Below, piece by piece: positions 11,684 to 21,949 of a stretch of 52,265 nucleotides of DNA (the first letter of the stretch is position 1; each line of letters opens with the position of its first letter). A model generated the notes under the pieces. It worked only from the letters and a program-made list of their open reading frames with translations. It was not told the DNA's origin and searched no databases. The stretch lies in contig MU008209.1 of assembly GCA_010909165.1 (NCBI GenBank), forward strand, positions 494,423 to 546,687, in the 5' to 3' direction. The stretch comes from Anthoceros angustus (Eukaryota; Plantae; Anthocerotophyta). The position numbers were made by a program, and so were the translations under genes.

Positions 11684-12059
11684 TAGGAGCGTATGCTCTC
11701 CAAAGATACTTTGTTCTTGCAAGGGGACCTTACTCATACCGGATCACAAACTTTGGCCAGATTCAAAGCTACAGCCCCTAATCGGATCGCCGATAAGGGG
11801 GCAACAGGAGGCAAGGAAGCTACAACCAGATCGCCCTGCTGGGACATGGCAGCCCACAATGGATCACGATCGCCCCAACAATGGATGGGCCGGCTACCGG
11901 GACCGGATCTGTCCAAACCATGATACATGGCGGGCCCCACACCGCGATCACGGATCGTCCACTTTGGGACATGGCAACCCACAATCCTCACAGTTTAAGA
12001 TTGGTGGAGTTGCCCGAGACAAGCTCATACCGGACACGGACTTCCCAAACTTTTCACGC
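11684..12059 (+). repeat. Family A repeat B2, lying distal to A2
   Basis: Direct repeat of 10478-10811. Confidence 0.85.
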
Positions 12060-12217
12060 CCACGCTGTGTCTCTATACATCCAACGGATCTCCACACACT
12101 CCTCCTTGTCTAGAAAATATGGCCCACTACCACGGCGCCCTACCAATTCCGAATCATAGCCCGCAGTACCTCAAAACATCCTATCCTCTAACCCAAAAAG
12201 AAACCCTTGGCCGCTGG

Positions 12218-12833
12218 CGTCATGTTGTTGTCAGGGGAAACAGAGCACCCAAGACTCTATGACCGGATATCGACTAGAGCATCCGGCATAAGCCCCGAAT
12301 AAAATGACTGGATATCGATCGGAGCATCTCGCATAAGCCTGGCGTCGTCAAGTGCTTGATGATGTCATGTACATGGCCCATGGATGGCTGCACATGTATG
12401 CCATGTATGCATGTGCCATGTATGCATGTATGTATGGAGATGAAGGATGACATGTGATGTGGTGTGATGTCATGGCGATGCAATCTATATGCATGATGCA
12501 TGTAAGGCGCAAGATGACGATATATAGATATATATTAGAAAATACATAAAAATCAAATCAAGGAAAAGGCGAATAGGTTAAACACATAAAATATTATTAT
12601 TTCAAGGCCAAGGAAAGTAGGATTATAAAGTGCCCACCATCGATATGGGTGGACACTTCATCGAGAACTCCGGGGTTTTGCCTATATATGTAGGCACCCA
12701 CCATGGATTCTTGGATTGTTGATGTTTGTCTTGTTCTAATAGACAGCCATACTGTCCTCACTGTGTCTTTGTCTCCTAGAGGTTCTTGTGGTTCGTTGCA
12801 TTGTCGTTGGGAGAATTTTCCATCTTGATTTCA
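12218..12833 (+). repeat. Family B LTR-like repeat A1 (copy 1)
   Basis: Homologous to 20909-21538, 29368-30015 (rc) and 51578-52201 (rc); ends TTTCA; TATATA at 12683-12688. Confidence 0.9.
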
Positions 12834-12835
12834 CC

Positions 12836-12848
12836 ACATCAACAATCC
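12836..12848 (+). promoter_or_regulatory. Putative self-priming PBS (Tf1-type)
   Basis: ACATCAACAATCC, 2 nt after A1, is the exact complement of GGATTGTTGATGT at 12713-12725, about 25 nt below the TATA box. Same pair in copy 2 (51563-51575 and 51681-51693). Confidence 0.75.
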
Positions 12849-13146
12849 TCTTGTTGGGGACTAAGATACTGATCGGAGGAGACGTGGCGCTGGAGATTGG
12901 AGGAAGAGGCGGAAGTCGCCCACCATCCAACCTGTGAGACAGCGATCCGAGAAGGTTGAGTGTTGCGTAAGGCACTAAGAGATAGGCTGATGTTTTTCGA
13001 TGGATGTGAATTTCGCCATTGATTATACAGCTTAGGTGTGGTAGTCTCACGATTGCCGAGTTAGCGTAATTGTTCGAGAAGAGCCGCACGTCTGGAGCCG
13101 TTTGTGGATAGAGGCGGTGGATGTACTTTAGCTGGTTGGGCTAACG

Positions 13147-14320
13147 GTGAAACAATTTGCCTTTGACAACATCCGCAAAGGGTCGTGCATAGGAGAAGTA
13201 ACCATTGATGGTGTTACGAGATCGTGGTGGACGAAAGGACACTGCCGCCTTCGAGAAGTGCACGACGCCTACTACTCGCCATTCAAGAGGACACCGAACA
13301 ATACAGACAACTACCACAAGGAGACAGCGATTGGAGCGAGAGTCCGCAAGAATGGAGCTTGAGTTCACACCAAGTAAGAACGATGTCTTCACAGGAAAAC
13401 ATGGAAGCATGTCTCTTGCATTTCGAGGAGAAGTTTCGTTGGGCAATGGCGGAAAACAAGATGAAATACAAGGACGAGTTCACTCGAGGATGGCGTTCAT
13501 GAAGATGTCATCCTACCTTGGTGAGGCTCTAATGTATTACGAGATGAGAAGGCCGGGATCCCGAAGGTGGCCGAGAAGAGAAGAAGCACGAGGCAGCCAA
13601 GAGGGCTGGTTCGACCGCACTCCACCGAGGACAAGCTCGAGCATCCGTGGACTTGATGTTCGCCAAGTTAACCACCATGTTTCCTACTGAAAAGATCCGA
13701 AGCCGAGGTTTTCTTTCGCCTAACGAGACATTGCGTGCATCTTACCTCGATTGAAGGTTCCGTGGAAGACACGGATGTCAAGACGATGAGGGAGGTCCGA
13801 GATCTTCATGGCATTGCCGACAAAGAAGGAAGGTGATGGACTGCATGGATGGGAGAGAGATATCGCTTGATAGACGCCTATCAAATTGCCGAGAAGGTGC
13901 TCAAAGGAGATGCGATGAAGCGGGCTTACTTGGAGGATCACGGAGTCGTGAAGGGCCCTTCGCAAAGACGGGTCCGGGACACGGAATTCCAGTTTGTTCC
14001 AAGGTACCAAGACGGAGCAGCCTCGTGACATGGCAAGCCCACATGTGCCGAAGGAGAGGCCAACAATGCAGTCAAGCGTGAAGTGTGGCGATGCTGGAGC
14101 GCAAGGCTCAATGCGACTACAAGCGTGGTCCAAGGGCAAGAAGCTGTAAGTCTTGTGGATGGGGTCACATGGAGGCAGCGTGTTGGGAAGCTCATCCAGA
14201 GTCAAGCCCAAGCTTGCATCACCGAGAAGGAGAAGGGCAAGGCCAAGTCGTAAGGCTCTCCTCGGGCAAGTGGAGGAGCTCAAGAAGGAGATGGCCAACA
14301 TGGCCAGCGTAAGCAGGAGG
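13147..14320 (+). pseudogene. gag: Family B gag with CCHC knuckle (copy 1)
   Basis: ELEFTPSKNDVFTGKHGSMSL.FEEKFRWAMAENKMKY; CKSCGWGHMEAAC at ~14145-14183. Confidence 0.75.
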
Positions 14321-14539
14321 ATTTTGTTCTCGACTGATGAAGATGAGGCGTTTGGCATGATGGCGGTGCGCAAGAAAAGAAAAGGAGTTGACTTTGGTGA
14401 AGGCGCATCACAAGGGAGTGCCGAACGGAATCGACCAAGATGCCGGAGAGTTTCCGTCGAGGAAAACTCCACGACACGAAGGTGTCAAGATCGGTCGAGA
14501 CGTTGAGGCGTTCGGACAAGGCCATGGAGGTGCCTGCAG

Positions 14540-14990
14540 AAGTCTTGTGGATCCGGGAGTGAAGGGCAACAACTTCAAAAACATCATGCGAGAATGGCCG
14601 AGAAAGGAGCTTGAATCCGCAGGATCTCTTCCTAGTATGGCGGTGTGGCGAGCATCCGATGCCGAGGAGCGAGGTGAAGGAGGTGTTGCCATGATTGATA
14701 ACACGGACGACGTGACCTTTGATGGCTATGCTCCGAACGCTTGTAGACACGGAGCGGATCCGGATCACTGGGAGCACGGTGAGGCACTAAAGTCAGGACA
14801 CAAGCTCGCTCCGAGCGACGTGAACCACACCGCAGTACCAAGGAACATGGGAATGACGAGGAGGCCCGTGAAGATTGAATTGAAGCTCGCACGAAGGATG
14901 CCATCATTGAAGTGAGATGTTTGGTCACGCAAAGACATATGATGTCTTGTCGGGTCGGAGGAACTCACCGCCCCGCCATGGGGTTGATCC
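14540..14990 (+). pseudogene. pol: Family B aspartic protease (degenerate)
   Basis: LVDPG (degenerate D[S/T]G) at ~14545-14560 and YDVL.G at ~14937-14955. Confidence 0.55.
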
Positions 14991-15369
14991 CTTGCACTCA
15001 AGCTTTCTAGACCATTACGGTGGAGGAGGAGATTTCACGCATGTTGCAATTCCTCTAAGGATGAATAGGAGTGGTGGCAAGAGCGGACGAGGATGACGCA
15101 GCGCCATGATTGCCACAAGGCTCGTGAGTGAGCATCGACATGAGATGTGGGAGGAAACGCAGAGTTATCCTCTCCGGAGATGCCAAGCCAAGAGAGAAGG
15201 GTGTGCTTAAGGTTGTGCGCCGTAATATTTGGATCAAGCGAGGGTTCGAGAAAACCATGAAGGAAGGAGGATCGACCGTGGAATCTCAGACACATGTCCC
15301 GAGAGGTCGATCCTGTATGAGGCCCGCTGTGGGAGATCGACGATCGACGATGCTCTAGTACGATGGAAG

Positions 15370-16200
15370 GTGGGCGTCAAGGCATCCATCTTGGAGCTCG
15401 CCGAATCGCAGCGGGGCTGGAAGGTGTTGCGTGGCGCCAAGATACGGCAATATACTGCGTGGAAAAGGATGAGAAGATTCGAGCCGCGCTAGGGTCGAAT
15501 CGTGTTCCAAGATCCAACATTGAGCGGAAGGCCGAGGTCGAGCAGGTGCTGACGTGAACTCGGTTGGGAAGCGGCTAGAAGCCTTGTCAAGCCCGGTGGA
15601 TATGCCGATCGCGGGATGGGAATGCAAGACATTTTCGGCAGGAGGCAAAGGTGAAGGCGTTGCTGGCCGAGCTCGCAAATCACGCGAGAAGTCCAGATTG
15701 CGAATCCACGATGTTGGTACATTCTCGAGAATGTGTGTGCACCATGGACAAACGCCCACCGTTAGGGCCTGTATGAAGAGATTCGGGCGTGGTTCGAATG
15801 AGTTGATCATGGACGCTGGTGGCTCATATGCACACAGCTCGCAGCATCGGACAAATGTGGTCGGACCGGAGGTGCTCGACAAAGAGAATTTAACGACCAA
15901 GGTTGTGGATGATATCCTAGAGTTGGGAAGGTGCTCAACAGTGAAGAGGATGGACAAGTTGCCATTTTACCCGTGAATCGAGTAGGGGAAGCCAGAAGGG
16001 CATGGCCAACTCGTGAGCACACCGCAATCTTATGCCTTCGCCGGAGGAGATGGTGTGATTCGGATTTGAAGGGAATGAGCTTGAGAGCTCAATGTTGAGG
16101 AACGCGAGCAAGCGATGGGCTTTGCCAAGAAGGACACTCGGACCATGGGCATCACAACTGCAAGATGCAGGATGCTTGGATGCATTTGACTACCGAGGTG
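15370..16200 (+). pseudogene. Family B C5-cytosine DNA methyltransferase (uninterrupted, frameshifted)
   Basis: ILEL-(fs)-IAAGLEGV..YCVEKD (motifs I-II, 15388-15470); VDMPIAGWECKTFSAGGKG (motif IV, GWEC 15614-15625); WYILENV 15715-15735 (motif VI); IMDAGGSYAH; ELNVEEREQAMGFAKKDT 16085-16138; RMLGC ~16170. Confidence 0.9.
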
Positions 16201-16379
16201 GCGGTCTGTGCTTGTTCCAACTTGCGCAAGGAAGCGAAAGCCTTCCTCCAACTACAGGATAAAGAGGTTCCAAAGGAAGATGAGTCGCTGGAGAGATTCA
16301 AGATGGCGTGGATACCGAATCGCCTACCAAGAGTGTGACGAAGAGGTTCATGTATGGCACATTGCGTAAGATGTGAGCC

Positions 16380-17630
16380 GGAAGATAAGGAAAATCATCA
16401 ACATGCTTGAGAAAAACAAGGGTGCTTTTGCATTCGTTGGAAGGAGCGGTAGGTATGAGAAGATCAAGTTCAAAGTAGTGACGACTCATGAAGAGCCCGT
16501 TTCGTAAGGAGGCACGCCTCCAGAATGGGAGATTGTTGACAAACGCCGTCAAGACTTGTTGAGCGGGTTGATAAGAAAATCAAGCTCTCAATATGTCGCG
16601 AGCCTACCGCTCAAGAAGGATGAGAACGGTGAATGGAAGGACAGGAGGATGTGTGGCGATCACCGACCTCTAAACGAGGTGACTCCTATGGAGCGGTACC
16701 CCATGCCTACTCACGAGATTTTCGATGCCATAGGTAAGGCAAAGTTCTTTACCGCTTGGACTTGTGCTTCAACCAAATTGTGATTGAAGAGGACAAGTGC
16801 AAGACCTGGGGAAGGACCAGCTTTGGGAGTGGAGACAATGCCGTTTGGGCTGAAAATGCTTCTATATATTTCCAAAGAATTGCGGATCTGGAGCTGCAGG
16901 GGCTGCCATTTGTGCGTTGTTACATAGATGACATCCTGGTTTTCAGTGAGACAATCGAAGAACATATGGAGCATCTAGAGATATTGCTACAGAGGCTGTC
17001 AAGCTCAGGTTTGAAAGCTCATCCTAAGAAATGCAAGTTTGCTTTCCAGCAGATCGAGTATCTGGGGCATGAGATAGTACCAGGAGGCATCATGCCTCAG
17101 CTGGCTAAGGTGCAGGCAGTGATGCAAATGCCTAGACCAAAGGATGTAGCTGCTCTTAGAGCCTTCCTGGGTTTGGTGAACTATTACAGGAGGTTTATGA
17201 AGGACCTCGCCCACGTGTAAACCTCGTATGAGCTGAAGAAAGACATTGTGTGGAAATGGGACCAAGACCGAGTTGGCTGCAAGATCTTCGGACCGCCAAG
17301 GTAGAAGCCTATGTTGGCCAGCCGAATTTTGATCACCCTTTCACCGCATGCATCGGAGCACCGCGGAATTGGAGCGTTGTCACAACATGGTGCGATGGTG
17401 TTGAGCGAGTGATAGCTTATGCAAGCCGATCTAACAACTCATCAAGTGAACTACTCCTCATATGAGGGAGAGTGTCTTCCGCGTATGGGCGCTCGCATTT
17501 CGTGGTCTATCCGTATGGAAGGCTTAATCGGTCACAGATCACCAGCCACTTCATTGGTGATGACCAACATGAAGTTGAGTGGTAAGCTAGTGGGCGCTGC
17601 CATCTCGAGTACGATATGGAGATCGTGCAG
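16380..17630 (+). pseudogene. pol: Family B reverse transcriptase and RNase H (copy 1)
   Basis: LPLKKDENGEWKDRRMCGDHRPLN, RYPMPTHEIFDAIG, CYIDDILVFS (YIDD at 16921), KCKFAFQQIEYLGH, LRAFLGLVNYYRRF, AYASRSNN, NYSSYEGECL. Confidence 0.95.
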
Positions 17631-17829
17631 GCGCATCACAATGCGATGGGCTAAGAAAATCACTGGAAAGTGACAAGGATGTCACAGAGCTCGGCGATGA
17701 GGGGCACGAGATGGTGCACCCAGCCTTCATGGCACTCATGGCCGTGGATAGATGATCATGAAGAAGGACATGTGCCGACAGAGTCCGTGGATGTTTGGAG
17801 ACATCCTCAAGCCTGATTCTGAAGGAAGG

Positions 17830-18960
17830 CACAGGTTCGAATGATCAAGGCTTGGCTAAACTCGAGGCGGGATACTCATGGGAAGATGGTGAGTCACCGT
17901 AAGGAGAACTCGTAAGGAAAGTACCAAGTCCCGAGGAAAGAGGGCATAGTGACCAAGGTGCACGAAACCTGGCCACTTTGGTGTGAAGAGGACACACCAC
18001 ATGTTGAAGAGTACGACAGTGGGATGTATGCGATGTCGAGAAGGTGGTGGCTAAGTGTGCATGTGATGCGAAAGCTAGATTTAACACCTGTGATGTGGTG
18101 TTGCACTCCCTACCAATGGGGCTATTCTTTAGATGGTCGGTTGACCTTATGCCAGAGCTTCCTCTCACAAAGCAAGGTAACCGACATTGCATGGTCATGA
18201 TTGAGCATTTCTCTAAGTGGGTTGAAGTGGCGTTCTTACCTCAGAGAACCTCGCATTACACCAGCAGAGCTTTTCTGCAGTGTGTGCTCAGCCGATTTGG
18301 GAGCTGCGCAGAGGTGCTCTGCACAGGGGTAACGAGTTTCGAGGTGAATTCCGCACCTTGCCGGACAGAGTCTCATTGATCACGGAGGACATCGAGGATC
18401 ATCCACAGCCGATGGCTGCGTAAAGGCTAGTGCACCTTCAAGGATGCACTAAGGAAATCTTGCATCGTGGAGCCCAAGTGTTGGGATGAATTGCTCCCTT
18501 ACATCGTGTTGGGGTACAGTGTCGCAAGCGCTCTTGGAAGTTTCACCATACTTTTTGTTATTCGCAACGTGTTGCCGAATGTGGTGAAGGACACTTACTC
18601 CATCCTTGATGGAGCAAAGATGCAAATGTGTGCAGGAGGTTCAAGCCGAGTATTTCAAAGAATTCTTCCCATATGGACAATTTGGTCATGGGCCCAAAGA
18701 TCGGGACCAGTGAGGTATGCTTATACGCTGGGGCTCGTGGAAGCCCAAAGCAAGTTTGCATCCGAGATTATGTGTACTTGCAACAGCGCAAGCACGTTAG
18801 ATGTCGACGTGGAGGCTTATCTTGAGAGTTGTGCAGGTTGGTGAGCAAGGTGTGGTTGAACTTGAAGGAAGAGATGGCAGAAGGTGCAAGGAACACATGA
18901 AGCATTTGGCTCCATGCCATTTGCCTGATCTGGATACACGAACTGTGCCTCAGACCTGGA
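17830..18960 (+). pseudogene. pol: Family B DDE (rve) integrase (copy 1)
   Basis: VHET...H, KQGNRHCMVMIEHFSKWVEVAFLP, SRFGSCAEVL, HPQ(A)DG, WDELLPYIVLGY, GRRCKEHMKHLAPCHLP. Confidence 0.92.
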
Positions 18961-18974
18961 CGCCACCAGCAGAT

Positions 18975-19112
18975 TTGCCCTGTGAGGAGTGTGGGCACAC
19001 AACTGACGAAGAATTCATGTTGCTATGTGACAGGTGTAACCGTGGTTACCATCTGTTTTGCCTCAAACCGATCGGAAAAGGTTCCAAGGAGAATGGCTAT
19101 GTGAGCAGTAAT
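18975..19112 (+). pseudogene. Family B PHD finger (C4HC3) fused to integrase (copy 1)
   Basis: PCEECGHTTDEEFMLLCDRCNRGYHLFCLKP...VP.GEWLCEQ. Confidence 0.92.
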
Positions 19113-19479
19113 GTGCTAAGTGTGAACGTGGCTCTTCAAGGTGGTACCGAGGTTGTCTTAAATTCACACGTTAAGTCGAAAGTGGGTACAGCAGTTGAAG
19201 AAGGACACAAGATGCTTGGGGCCAAATTACAAAATGGGATCGCACATGCTAAGGCGGTAGTTGTTGCGAGAAGCCGCTCGCATGTGCAAGGAATTGTGAG
19301 AAGAGGAATTACGCAGAGGATCGAGCGACAAGGGTCTAATTCTACCGGAAACGAGAGCGAAATTGGGCACATAGCGAGGGAGCATCTCATTTTGGAAGAG
19401 GAACCTTTGCATGCACAGACCGATCGCTGGTTGAGAATTCCTCACACAGTGTTTCTAAAGGTGGTTTCACCGCTTTGGA

Positions 19480-20640
19480 GTGGATAGGAGCGCCATGGTC
19501 GCCCGTTTCACGTGCATAGGAGAAGGCGAAAAGTCTTGCCCTATCCGCACCACGGAAGGTGAAGCGCCAAGAGGAAGTGCCACCGCCAATCAAGCGCAAG
19601 AGGGGACGACGCAAGCATCCTACCGAACATGGAAAGCCGGAGTTTGAGGCAAGCCGATCTCAAGTGGAGCGACAGTGGCGAGCAGGAGAACACCACGATC
19701 GCCTCGCGGGAGCAACCGCCCACCTCCCAAGAACTGAGCGCCTCCTCGAGCTCCTACTGTACACCATGTATGTCGGCCGCATGCTGAAAATGTGGTTGCA
19801 CCTAGGGTGGTAGTTCTCACCGCATGCAGCCATGGAGGAGGTCTCGCACAAGCGAGGTGGAGATCGAATCTGTGTTCTGTGCTATGACCGCCAACTCAAG
19901 CAAGGTTTCGGATGGAACCCCAATGTGGATGATGAAGATGCGGTAAGTGGAGCATCTTCTACTCCGCCAAGATGACCGAACAGGTATTCCACCGAAGTTA
20001 TGACGAGCTTCACATCTTCATCAGTATGTTGAGGAGCATCATGACAAAGGGTGGAGCATTATCCCAGGAACACCGGATTTGTTTGAGCTCCAGCTCGGGT
20101 CACAAGCGCTGCCCCCGGACCGGACAAGTTATGAGAGGGTGCATGGAGGAAGTTGCATCACTTCCAAATGCATCAATGGTTTGATGGGATGAGGTTGCCA
20201 GAGTTCGTTGATGGGAGACACATACCCTCGCCGCTTGATTTTTCTCAAAGAGTGGTTTCGAGTTTTCCATCCGGCATGTGGCATCATGTGGTAGGGTGGC
20301 CTCAGCTTTACATTCGACCAACAAATTGAGGACCCCTCATGTTGATCATGCTTGGACTCGAGAGGAGAAGAATGCTTCAACTCTCGTGAGGCTCGCCACA
20401 CACATCTACACTTCGAAGTTACCGCTTTTCAATTACCCAACACAGAAGCTTACGAGACATGGATGCCGGATGGATGGCATACATCCTGCTTTCACCGCAG
20501 AAGCGCTTTGTGGAAGAACAGTTGATCTCTCCGATTCAAGCCGCGAGATTACAAAACAGAGGCACAAGAAGATGATGGATGATGAGGATCAAGATGACGC
20601 CATTCCTCCTCCTCGGCGAACCACCGCTGTTGGACAAGCG
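19480..20640 (+). pseudogene. Family B extra sense-strand ORF remnant of unknown function
   Basis: Coding-like peptides shared with copy 2 (rc ~30330-31440), e.g. HFQMHQWFDGMRL and HHVVGWP; no family recognised. Confidence 0.45.
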
Positions 20641-20736
20641 CTGGTGGGGACGCAGGCATTGTGTTTTCTAGGCCAAGATGGTCTAGACAATTTTGTGGGA
20701 AACCGTGGCTAGGCCTCCAAGTTTCCTGTGGGGTCG

Positions 20737-20907
20737 TTTCAGCCCGGCCTGCCTCTTAGGCACTCCCCTTTTGTAGCCTTGCCTTGGTCATAGGCCAAGG
20801 ACAATTTGGCTAGGTTGCTCGGCCAAGGCCAAGGAGATCGCAGCAGTGTGCTTAGTGACTTAGCTTTGTAGACAGGCTAGGTAGGCATGCATGCGGTCGC
20901 CACGACA
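20737..20907 (+). repeat. Family B repeat B1 (copy 1), abutting A2
   Basis: Matches 21541-21726 (TAGCCTTGCC(C)TTGGTCATAGGCCAAGGACAATTT ... GGCCAAGGAGATC ... CTTAGCTTTGTAG ... GGCTAGGT); ends GACA. Confidence 0.88.
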
Positions 20908-20908
20908 C

Positions 20909-21538
20909 CGTCATGCTGTATGGGAAACAGAGCACCTAAGACTCTATGACCGGATATCGACTAGAGCATCCCGGCATAAGCCCGAATCGAAATGACTAGA
21001 TATCGATGGAGCATCTCGCATAAGCCCCGGCGTCAAGTGCTTGATGATGTCATGTACATGGCCCATGGATGGGGCGTACATGACATGCATGCCATGTATG
21101 CATAAGTGCCATGTATGCATATATGCGTATGGAGATGAAGGATGACATGTGATGGACATGTGGTGTGATGTGTCATGGCGCATGCAATCTATATGCATGG
21201 TATGCATGTAAGGCGGTGCTATGACGCATATATAGATTTATATTAGAAAATACATAAAAATCATAAATCAAGGAAAAGGACGAATAGGTTAAACACATAA
21301 AATATTATTATTTCAAGGCCAAGGAAAGTAGGATTATAAAGTGCCCACCATCGATACGGTGGACACTTCATCGAGAACTCGGGGTTTTGCCTATATATGG
21401 GCACCCACCATGGATTCTTGGATTGTTGATGTTTGTCTTGTTCTAATAGACAGCCATACTCCCCTCGCTGTGTCTTTGTCTCCTAGAGGTTCTTGTGGTT
21501 CGTTGCATTGTGTTGGGAGAATTTTCCATCCCGATTTC
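20909..21538 (+). repeat. Family B LTR-like repeat A2 (copy 1)
   Basis: Direct repeat of 12218-12833. Confidence 0.92.
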
Positions 21539-21540
21539 TG

Positions 21541-21726
21541 TTCTTTCACGCCCTCGGCCTGCCTCTCTCAGGCACCCACTTTTAGCCTTGCCCTTGGTCA
21601 TAGGCCAAGGACAATTTGTGGCTAGGTTATTGCTCCCGGGCCATAGGCCAAGGAGATCGCATGAAGCTAGTGCTTAGAGACTTAGCTTTGTAGAGGCTAG
21701 GTGCAGTATGCGGGCCGCCGCTGACA
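21541..21726 (+). repeat. Family B repeat B2 (copy 1), element terminus
   Basis: Direct repeat of B1; ends TGACA; homology to copy 2 stops here. Confidence 0.88.
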
Positions 21727-21949
21727 CGCCTCCTCTAAAATCAGATCCGCTGTTGCGCCTAGCCTCCCGGTATGGGGTTCCTCGCCGCTCCTCCCGCCAC
21801 GCCTCCGATCCAGCGATTCTCCCCAAAACCTCCACTCACCGCCGCCGCGGTTTCTTGGCGTGCCAAGGCCTCTATAGGCCCTATGCCCGTTATTCCGCCT
21901 CCTCATCGCCGGACAGCCCACACCGTGCCCGCCTCCACGCCTGCCTCCC

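Larger units (their letters stand above)
1..12059 (+). mobile_element. Ty3/Gypsy retrotransposon family A carrying MTase and PHD domains; 5' end lies outside the window; frameshifted
   Basis: Ordered remnants: CCHC knuckle (~2222), protease LLDTG (~3545), MTase (4200-7310, split), RT YIDD (~8195), RNase H, rve integrase, PHD (~10300). Positions 1-240 recur at 11437-11666, and 10478-10811 recur at 11684-12059. Confidence 0.9.
12218..21726 (+). mobile_element. Ty3/Gypsy retrotransposon family B copy 1 (gag, PR, MTase, RT, RH, IN, PHD, extra ORF) with A1...B1-A2-B2 termini
   Basis: Full domain order recovered; ends CGTCA (12218) and TGACA (21722-21726); collinear with the inverted copy at 29181-52201. 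Confidence 0.92.

Noticed and set aside
13720-14777. Long antisense ORFs in the supplied track (e.g. 13720-14472, 14280-14777, 37275-37886, 50077-50571)
   Set aside because: They are shadows of GC-rich sense-strand TE coding sequence and contain no recognisable domains.
19110-19480. Chromodomain after the PHD finger
   Set aside because: No aromatic-cage chromodomain pattern was found in any frame.
12218-21726. Classifying family B as DIRS/Ngaro because of its split repeats
   Set aside because: No tyrosine-recombinase motif was recognised; RT and RNase H are Ty3-type, and a protease and rve integrase are present.
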